Positions 15,289 through 20,631 of a DNA stretch of 20,631 nt are shown one piece after another. The translations under genes and the position numbers were made by a program. Position 1 is the stretch's first letter; each line of letters opens with the position of its first letter. The notes beneath the pieces are model-generated. The model was not told the DNA's origin, ran no database searches, and saw only the letters and a list, made by a program, of their open reading frames with translations. The DNA comes from Campylobacterota bacterium (GTDB taxonomy: Bacteria > Campylobacterota > Campylobacteria > Campylobacterales > Sulfurovaceae). The stretch covers positions 1 to 20,631 of the forward strand of contig JAYEOM010000031.1 in assembly GCA_034722955.1 (NCBI GenBank). Reading direction: 5' to 3'.

Positions 15289-16995
15289 ATGTTAAATAAA
15301 TTCTGGAACATACACTACCATGATAGACTGATTTTTGCTATGTTGAAATCTAGTAGATATGGTACCATAATCTCCAACTTCATAACACCGATAATTATAT
15401 CTTATCTAATGTATGACCAATTTCATCCTCTTATCCTCTATATATGGGTTTTTCTCTTTTATATTTTAGGTATCGCCAGACTGAAATTAGATCTATTATT
15501 GAGAAGTGATATCAGACATAAGAAGGAGACCACTGCAAAACATCTACATTGGCATATTTATACTACTTCGATAACAGCATTTTCTCTTAGTATGATGGCA
15601 AGTGCTTCTGTTTTGTATGATGTCCCTGAGATGAATATACAGCTTATTGCCCTAGGCTTGATAGCTCTTTCTGTAGGATCCCTTGCTACCTTGGGAACTA
15701 TATTTGCTGAATTTTGCGGGTATGTTTTCTTTGCTATTGCTCCACTGATGATTACTATACTCTATGTAGGAGATGAAAACTATTATATATTTGCATTTAT
15801 ACTGTTTATCTTTACTATAACTCATATATACTCTGGATATAAACTATTTTTGACTTATCAAAACTCTATAGATTTAGAAAATCAGTTTAAGACCCTTTTT
15901 GATAAATCTTCACATGGTTTGATGATCATCAAAAATCATGAGATTATGGAGTGCAATGATAAATTATTAAATTTATTAGGTTATAGTCGGTATGAGTTTT
16001 TTCAAACTTCTCCACAAGCTATGATGCCCAAAACCCAGCCTGATGGAAGATCTTCTATCAGGATGATGATATCATATCTCAGACAAAGTTGTAGCGGAAC
16101 AGTTACTTTCCAATGGCAGCATATCAAAAAAAATGGTGAAAAATTTTGGGTAGAGATCACATTGAATCCTGTCTATATAGATGGATACAATATCATACAA
16201 GGCACTTGGAATGATATAACCGATAAAAAAAAGGCTGCTCGGAAGATCAAAGAGCTAAATGAGTCACTCGCTTCAAAAGTGGAACTAGAGGTATCAAAAA
16301 ATAGAGAAAAAGACAAACAGATGATACAGCAATCAAGACTTGCACAGATGGGAGAGATGATAAGTATGATCGCTCACCAGTGGAGACAGCCACTATCAGC
16401 GATATCTGCTACATCAGCCACCTTAAGCATAAAGGCAAACCTCAATACATTGGATAATGAAACTACTATAGATCTCTCTAATAAAATATCAGAGTATTCC
16501 CAGCACCTCAGTATGACTATTGATGATTTTAGGAATTTTTTCAAGGTAAATAAGCAGGCAGGATTGACAAACTATGATGATCTCATCCTCTCTGTTCTGG
16601 AGATAATCGAAACCTCAATAGTAAATCAAAATATTAAACTAATTACCAAGCTAGAATCAAAAAATAGTTTTGATATATACAAAAGTGAAGTAAAACAAGT
16701 TATTTTAAATTTGATAAAAAATTCCGAGGATGCTTTGATAGAGAGAAAAATAGAGAACCCACAGATCAAGATAGAGACTTTTGGCAATACGCTGAGAGTG
16801 AGTGACAATGCAGGAGGAATACCTGAGGATATCTTGCATAAGGTATTTGACCCCTACTTCTCTACAAAAACAAAAAAAGATGGGACAGGCTTGGGACTCT
16901 ATATGAGTAAGATGATCATTGAGGATCATTGTGGCGGTACACTGACTGTCCTCAACGATGTAGAGGGTTCACTCTTTACGATAACACTTCCTTGA
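15289..16995 (+). CDS. Membrane-bound PAS-domain sensor histidine kinase
   Basis: About 5-6 N-terminal TM helices, PAS (CNDKLLNLLGY...KNGEKFWVEI), H-box IAHQWRQPL, N-box NLIKNSED, DNAGGI, FDPYFSTK, GTGLGL. Confidence 0.95.
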   Translation: MLNKFWNIHYHDRLIFAMLKSSRYGTIISNFITPIIISYLMYDQFHPLILYIWVFLFYILGIARLKLDLLLRSDIRHKKETTAKHLHWHIYTTSITAFSLSMMASASVLYDVPEMNIQLIALGLIALSVGSLATLGTIFAEFCGYVFFAIAPLMITILYVGDENYYIFAFILFIFTITHIYSGYKLFLTYQNSIDLENQFKTLFDKSSHGLMIIKNHEIMECNDKLLNLLGYSRYEFFQTSPQAMMPKTQPDGRSSIRMMISYLRQSCSGTVTFQWQHIKKNGEKFWVEITLNPVYIDGYNIIQGTWNDITDKKKAARKIKELNESLASKVELEVSKNREKDKQMIQQSRLAQMGEMISMIAHQWRQPLSAISATSATLSIKANLNTLDNETTIDLSNKISEYSQHLSMTIDDFRNFFKVNKQAGLTNYDDLILSVLEIIETSIVNQNIKLITKLESKNSFDIYKSEVKQVILNLIKNSEDALIERKIENPQIKIETFGNTLRVSDNAGGIPEDILHKVFDPYFSTKTKKDGTGLGLYMSKMIIEDHCGGTLTVLNDVEGSLFTITLP

Positions 16996-17014
16996 ACTGT
17001 AGAGAGCTATAAAA

Positions 17015-17197
17015 ATGAGCTATAAAAAATATTTGATCATCGCTATTGTCGCATTGATGTTTATCTTTCCTGATCAGATCTTTCCGGGACTTGCAGGTGT
17101 GATGATCATAATCGTTGTGTTGCTATTGGTCATCGAGTTGGGTCTGGATATCTATATTGTTATTGTCTATTTGATTCAGATGTATAAGGAAAAATAG
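17015..17197 (+). CDS. Small hydrophobic two-TM membrane protein
   Basis: 60 aa, basic N-terminus, two hydrophobic segments; 19 nt after the kinase stop. Confidence 0.55.
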   Translation: MSYKKYLIIAIVALMFIFPDQIFPGLAGVMIIIVVLLLVIELGLDIYIVIVYLIQMYKEK

Positions 17198-17240
17198 AGA
17201 TGGTATTTTATATTTGTTTTTGGGAGACTCCTTGGACCAT

Positions 17241-17630
17241 CTAGGTTTCAAATGCCCCTCTCTCCCTTTTTATCATCTCATACGCACTGTTGATCTCCTG
17301 TATCCTTCGTTTTGCGAATACCATAGATGACTTATCTCCTCCTTTGGATTGGGTGAAGTCAGGGTGATATTTTTTTACCAACTCTCTATATCGCTTTTTT
17401 ATTATATCATCGTCATCAGTGGATCTACACCCTAATATCTCATATGAGTAATTTTTATCTGTTTTTGTTGTGCATCTCTGTGGTTTGCTAGTATATCGTT
17501 GTTGTGGTCTATCGATAAAGTTGATGATAGCAAAATATGGTGCAAAAATTATATATGCGACCAGACCCAAAACTACTAGTATCATCGCTACCATAGTGAT
17601 CACTTCTACAATATCCGTCATTATATTCAT
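17241..17630 (-). CDS. Membrane-anchored J-domain co-chaperone (DjlA-like, lacking the central domain)
   Basis: N-terminal TM; C-terminal YEILG...IKKRYRELVKKYHPD...QEINSAYEMIK. Extended -10 TGATATACT at 17676-17684 (-). Confidence 0.85.
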   Translation of the reverse strand: MNIMTDIVEVITMVAMILVVLGLVAYIIFAPYFAIINFIDRPQQRYTSKPQRCTTKTDKNYSYEILGCRSTDDDDIIKKRYRELVKKYHPDFTQSKGGDKSSMVFAKRRIQEINSAYEMIKRERGAFET

Positions 17631-17764
17631 TTGCCCTCTCCACTACCAACTTTTTACGATTACTATTTGTGTTTTAGTATATCATATTTCAGGTTCAAAG
17701 TTAAAATGAAACAGTCGCCCTTTGAGCGTAGACTAATATGACTAATGATATAATAAATTGTCAC

Positions 17765-17819
17765 ATTCATTAATCATTTTTTGATATACTAAGAGTATAT
17801 TGATAGTGACATAATGAAT
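17765..17819. promoter_or_regulatory. Co-centred dyad ATTCATTA-N11-ATATACT-aag-AGTATAT-N11-TAATGAAT overlapping the TGATATACT -10 of the ATPase gene
   Basis: Both arm pairs are perfect inverted repeats centred on 17792. Confidence 0.45.
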
Positions 17820-17897
17820 AATTATTTATCATCTCCAAAATAAAAACTATCAGATTTAAAGATGATAATCCTATACTAAAAATGTGGTGGTACAAAA

Positions 17898-20276
17898 ATG
17901 TCTCCAACTAACTACTCACGCTACAAATATACCCCTGATGAGATGAATCAAGCAGAGTTTTTGGCTAGGTTTGTCGTGAGGGATGATAAATTTACATATA
18001 TATTTGACGATATCCAAAGCAGTGACTATAGTGTTCCCCCTCAACACTATATCATCATAGGTCAGAGAGGACAAGGCAAAACTACACTCCTGCGTAAGAT
18101 ACTTATAGAGGTAGAGAGAGATGAAAAACTCTCCAAATTTTTGATACCTGTGAAGTTTGCAGAAGAGCAGTATCAGATACGGTCTCTATGCAGACTTTGG
18201 GAAGAGGTAGCAGACTATCTACAATCTCTTCATTATGATGATTTTCCTGATATACTCGATAGTATAGAGAAGCATATAGATGATGAGAACTATGATCTTA
18301 AATGCTTCTCATACTTAGAAAAAAAAGTCAGAGCTAGAGACAAAAAACTGGTACTGCTCATAGACAATATAGATGAATTTCTAGGGAAACTCAAAGAGAA
18401 AGAGCAGAGACAGCTAAGGAGGATACTGCGGACCTCCTCACTGTTTCGCATCATAAGTGGCTCTACCAAGATGCTAGAGCAGCATTTTCACTATGGCAAG
18501 CAATATTATGAGTTTTTAAATATAGTCAAACTGCAGGGTCTAAACAGAGAGGAGAGTATGAGGTTTCTACTCTCTATAGGTACAGATAGACAAAAAGCCA
18601 AAATGAAATGGGTAGCAGATAGAAACCCACAGAGGATAGAGACTCTACGCAGAATTACAGGTGGTGTACCTCGGACTCTTGTGATGCTTTTTGATATATT
18701 TATAGATGATGAGGGCAATGCATTTGATGACCTGCTAAAAGTTCTAGATGAAGTTACCCCACTCTACAAACACCGTATGGATGATCTCCCTCCACCCCTC
18801 CAAGACATAGTCCATACTATAGCGATGAATTGGGATGGTATGACGACTAGAGAGATAGCCCAAAAAACCCGACTAGAGTCCACAGTAGTCTCAGATCAGC
18901 TCAAACAGCTCACAGATAAATATCAAATAATAGAGTCTGAGTCTATAGGCAACAACAAAATCTACAAACTCCAAGAGCGATTTTTCAATATCTGGTATCT
19001 CATGAGATTTGGACGCAAAAAAGATAGACAGAGAGTAGAGTGGCTAGTGAAGTTTTTGATCTCATGGTGTACTCCCAAAGAGCTGGAGGAGAGAGCCAAT
19101 AAGTTTATCGCGGCTATCAAATATGGAGATGTCAATGAGCAGTATGCATACAATATGTGTGAAGCTCTCAGCTATGCAGGACTAAAGAGAGATACAGAAT
19201 ATCAGATGAAACAGAGTGTCAAAACACATCTAAGTAGTTTGAGTTCTGATTTGGCTAACAATCTCTCTCCTTCTGATAAAGAGATGATAGATCAAGCTAA
19301 TATATTGATACATAAGCAAGAGTATGATAATGCGATCAAACTACTTTTGACATCAAAAAAAGATAGTAAAGATATTTTATTCTTTTTGGGGTGGTTATAT
19401 GATGAACAGAAAGATCACAAAAAAGCGGAGGAGTATTATCTTAAAGCTATTGAGAGTGGAGATAGTAATGCGTTAAGAAATCTTGGTTTCTTATATAAAG
19501 AACAAAAAGAGTACAAAAAAGCGGAGGAGTATTATCTCAAAGCTATTGAGAGTGGAGATAATGGTGCATTAAGAAATCTCGGTATCTTACATAAAGAGCA
19601 AAAAAAGTATAAAGAGGCAAAGGAGTGCTATTTTAGAGCTATTGAGTATGGGGATAATGGTGCGTTAAATAATCTTGGTAACTTATGTGATGAGCAGAAA
19701 GAGTACGAAAGAGCGGAGGAGTATTATCTCAAAGCTATTGAGAGTGGGGATAATGATGCGTTAAATAATCTATCTTGGTTCTATTTTGAACAATCTAAAA
19801 ATATAACCAAAGCTGTAGAGCTTGCACAACAAGATTATTATAACAATAGAGATCCTCTTATCATACATACATTGGCAGTGATTTTGTTATGGCAGGAGGA
19901 GTTTGCAGGTAGCTATCAAAAACTTATAGAGTTTTTAGAGTTTGATGGTGTACGAGAGTATGAAGAAGATATGAGTCTCTATCTTGCACTCCTTGTCTCC
20001 AAAGGACAGCACCACAAAGCCAAAGCGTTGATGGAGATACCAAAATATCAGCTAAAAGAGCGATACAAGTCTATATGGTATGCTCTAATGGATCTGATGA
20101 AAGATGAGTATCCTCACGAGATCAAAAAGATGGGGAGTGAACTGCGAGAGAGTGTAGATGAGGTGCTAGTGGAGATAGAGGGACTTGCAAAGAAGTACTC
20201 TTTGGATTACTTCTACGGGTCAGGCGTTGAATATACACCACTTCCTTTCAAAATCTTAAAAACCAAAAATCGATAA
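17898..20276 (+). CDS. P-loop ATPase (STAND/archaeal-ATPase-like) with winged-helix and Sel1/TPR repeats
   Basis: Walker A GQRGQGKTT, Walker B LVLLIDNIDE, GGVPR (GxP-like), wHTH 'TTREIAQKTRLESTVVSDQLKQL', four 32-aa 'LGxLYxEQKEYKKAEEYYLKAIESGD' repeats. Confidence 0.88.
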   Translation: MSPTNYSRYKYTPDEMNQAEFLARFVVRDDKFTYIFDDIQSSDYSVPPQHYIIIGQRGQGKTTLLRKILIEVERDEKLSKFLIPVKFAEEQYQIRSLCRLWEEVADYLQSLHYDDFPDILDSIEKHIDDENYDLKCFSYLEKKVRARDKKLVLLIDNIDEFLGKLKEKEQRQLRRILRTSSLFRIISGSTKMLEQHFHYGKQYYEFLNIVKLQGLNREESMRFLLSIGTDRQKAKMKWVADRNPQRIETLRRITGGVPRTLVMLFDIFIDDEGNAFDDLLKVLDEVTPLYKHRMDDLPPPLQDIVHTIAMNWDGMTTREIAQKTRLESTVVSDQLKQLTDKYQIIESESIGNNKIYKLQERFFNIWYLMRFGRKKDRQRVEWLVKFLISWCTPKELEERANKFIAAIKYGDVNEQYAYNMCEALSYAGLKRDTEYQMKQSVKTHLSSLSSDLANNLSPSDKEMIDQANILIHKQEYDNAIKLLLTSKKDSKDILFFLGWLYDEQKDHKKAEEYYLKAIESGDSNALRNLGFLYKEQKEYKKAEEYYLKAIESGDNGALRNLGILHKEQKKYKEAKECYFRAIEYGDNGALNNLGNLCDEQKEYERAEEYYLKAIESGDNDALNNLSWFYFEQSKNITKAVELAQQDYYNNRDPLIIHTLAVILLWQEEFAGSYQKLIEFLEFDGVREYEEDMSLYLALLVSKGQHHKAKALMEIPKYQLKERYKSIWYALMDLMKDEYPHEIKKMGSELRESVDEVLVEIEGLAKKYSLDYFYGSGVEYTPLPFKILKTKNR
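19385..19770 (+). repeat. Four tandem 96-bp coding repeats (32-aa Sel1/TPR units)
   Basis: GCGGAGGAGTATTATCTyAAAGCTATTGAGAGTGGrGATA recurs at 19425, 19521 and 19713, with a diverged copy at 19617. Confidence 0.9.
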
Positions 20277-20432
20277 ACCCCAATAAACTTAGCAATCTTC
20301 GCTTGGGTATACCCATCTTTTAGTGCTGTTATTATGGCATTATCTCTCCTTTACCTCTTGTCATTGACTGACCTTTTTACTTTTTTTGTAGTATAGCATA
20401 AAAAAAGTGTATATTCAACGCCTGACCCGTAG
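20213..20432 (-). mobile_element. 220-bp MITE-like element (family A) with perfect 26-bp TIRs, derived from a Y1/HUH transposase gene
   Basis: CTACGGGTCAGGCGTTGAATATACAC at 20213-20238 and its exact reverse complement at 20407-20432. Interior: RBS + ATG ACA AGA (20364) joined out of frame to RDNAIITALKDGYTQAKIAKFIGVYRFLVFKILKGSGVYSTPDP*. Confidence 0.9.
20390..20418 (-). promoter_or_regulatory. Sigma70-type promoter of the element: TTGAAT-N17-TATACT with extended TG
   Basis: -35 lies inside the TIR (20413-20418), -10 at 20390-20395, 17-bp spacer, about 25 nt upstream of ATG 20364. Confidence 0.7.
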
Positions 20433-20572
20433 TGGAGCAAGAAAGATTTCATAAATTATACACACAATTTATAAGTTTTTATGCTAAAATAGATGATGAG
20501 GGTGATTTTTATTATAAAGATTTTGACCCATCATATTTTGATAAAGATGAAATAAATAGAAGGTTAAAATAG
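20432..20572 (+). pseudogene. Probable 3' fragment of a gene truncated at the element end
   Basis: VEQERFHKLYTQFISFYAKIDDEGDFYYKDFDPSYFDKDEINRRLK* starts exactly at the TIR boundary without an RBS and abuts the next ATG. Confidence 0.4.
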
Positions 20573-20631
20573 ATGTATATGAGTATAGAAGAATTTGAAA
20601 AAATGACACCAGAAGAGATTTGGAGCAATAA
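20573..20631 (+). CDS. Start of hypothetical protein (partial, runs off right edge)
   Basis: ATG directly after TAG, AGAAGG upstream; MYMSIEEFEKMTPEEIWSN... Confidence 0.4.
   Translation, partial: MYMSIEEFEKMTPEEIWSN

Noticed and set aside
6075..19153. Remaining short overlapping ORFs in the six-frame track
   Set aside because: All overlap confidently assigned genes on the opposite strand or another frame and lack recognisable motifs.
19385..19770. 96-bp repeats as CRISPR or DGR template/variable repeats
   Set aside because: Contiguous in-frame coding repeats with no spacers, no reverse transcriptase in the window, and differences not confined to adenines.
1425..20432. The four TCAGGCGTTGAATATACAC copies as CRISPR repeats or integron attC sites
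   Set aside because: Irregular kb-scale spacing, mixed orientation, no cas or intI gene; each is tied to transposase relic sequence.

Overview
AT-rich (roughly 35-40% GC by eye) bacterial chromosomal window. Gene content, gene order and TGnTAnAnT promoters point to Campylobacterota (Sulfurovum/Sulfurimonas-like; this is inference). The core block (5.9-11.8 kb) is mqnF(-) diverging from aroQ-pepQ-folK-flhF-[tandem SPOA protein]-mnmA. The flhG-fliA-fliM-fliY stretch found after flhF in Campylobacter/Helicobacter is replaced here by one 155-aa ORF. Left accessory region: an orphan Rhs core, an Rhs C-terminal toxin cassette with a membrane-anchored immunity gene, an octaheme cytochrome c-HEAT-TPR gene and a DUF4405 membrane protein. 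Right accessory region: hisG(long)-pheA, a DUF2235/Tle1-like hydrolase, an orphan PAS histidine kinase, a mini DjlA-like J-protein and a P-loop ATPase-wHTH-Sel1/TPR protein. The most striking unannotated structure is a set of three decayed HUH/Y1 (RAYT-like) transposase derivatives associated with long terminal inverted repeats. The motif TCAGGCGTTGAATATACAC occurs four times, and a related 34-bp TIR pair bounds one element. Their ends sit directly against truncated genes: the Rhs toxin cassette, the ATPase 3' end and a headless ORF. At least three families of REP-like palindromes are also present, one of them read in frame inside the Rhs coding sequence.
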